64,000 nucleotides of DNA from Mobula hypostoma. Lineage: Eukaryota. Shown here in pieces: positions 63,769 to 64,000 of the stretch (positions within the stretch are counted from its first letter, which is position 1; each line of letters opens with the position of its first letter). The stretch spans positions 1,860,001 to 1,924,000 of the forward strand of contig NW_026948187.1 in assembly GCF_963921235.1 (NCBI RefSeq), in the 5' to 3' direction. The translations under genes were made by a program, and so were the position numbers. The notes under the pieces were generated by a model that worked only from the letters and a program-made list of their open reading frames with translations, was not told the DNA's origin and did no database searches.

Positions 63769-63946
63769 TGGGATCCTTGAGCTAGTGTTCTAGGAACTTG
63801 ACTGCGGGATCCTCGAGGCTTGGGTTCTAGGAGCTTGACTGCGGGATCCTCGAGGCTTGGGTTCTTGGAGCTTGGCTGCGGGATCTTCGAGGCTTGGGGT
63901 CTTGGAGCTTTGCTACGGGATCTTCGAGGCTTGGGTTCTTGGAGCT
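63769..63946. repeat. 37-bp tandem repeat, about 5 copies, related to the 32-bp unit
   Basis: TGCGGGATCCTCGAGGCTTGGGTTCTAGGAGCTTGAC starting at 63803 and 63840, with further degenerate copies. Confidence 0.85.
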
Positions 63947-64000
63947 GAGAGAGCGACTGGGAACTGAACATCAACATAGAGGTGGGACTTGTCCTTCGAA

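Larger units (their letters stand above)
61223..64000 (-). mobile_element. Second LTR (LTR-B), nested in pol and expanded by tandem repeats; runs off the window
   Basis: 3' end ...ttgcatttgggtccgttcacagcacaacattgtggCA; related to 45169-45525. Confidence 0.65.

Noticed and set aside
61551-63793. Long ORFs (350-740 aa) of LAAGWRLG repeats; also a superficial resemblance to a CRISPR array
   Set aside because: The ORFs are a by-product of a stop-free 32-bp unit read antisense to the LTR. The repeats are contiguous with no unique spacers, there are no cas genes, and the context is vertebrate.

Overview
Repeat-dense vertebrate genomic DNA with two assembly gaps. It is very likely from a cartilaginous fish, probably a ray, inferred from the mix of CR1, Penelope and Rex1 repeats and from the GPCR type. 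Three intact-looking class A GPCR genes are present: (1) a two-exon GPR139/GPR142-like orphan receptor on the minus strand (31967-31898 + 30310-29400, 326 aa); (2) a muscarinic M2-type receptor with a single coding exon on the minus strand (48189-46777, 470 aa); (3) a second, divergent two-exon GPR139-like receptor on the plus strand (54029-54098 + 54685-55583, 322 aa). Most of the rest is transposable elements: many CR1 LINEs (two near full length, several nested with TSDs), Rex1/Babar fragments, Penelope-like elements with minimal hammerhead ribozyme motifs, Gypsy LTR pieces (one LTR holds about 69 copies of a 32-bp repeat), a Tc1 remnant and a MITE. Signals the TE annotation does not explain: the two orphan GPCRs share gene structure and a TGTTTGTT-N6/7-CTGTAACTAA-TATA promoter motif while their extracellular faces diverge; and an old tandem array of 3-4 non-coding units at about 7.6-21.7 kb keeps an RFX X-box/ETS/forkhead-like module, with more X-box-like motifs in the intron of receptor 1. 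Together these suggest, but do not prove, a co-regulated, lineage-expanded receptor repertoire. TE boundaries without TSDs are approximate, and family names come from motif recognition, not database searches.
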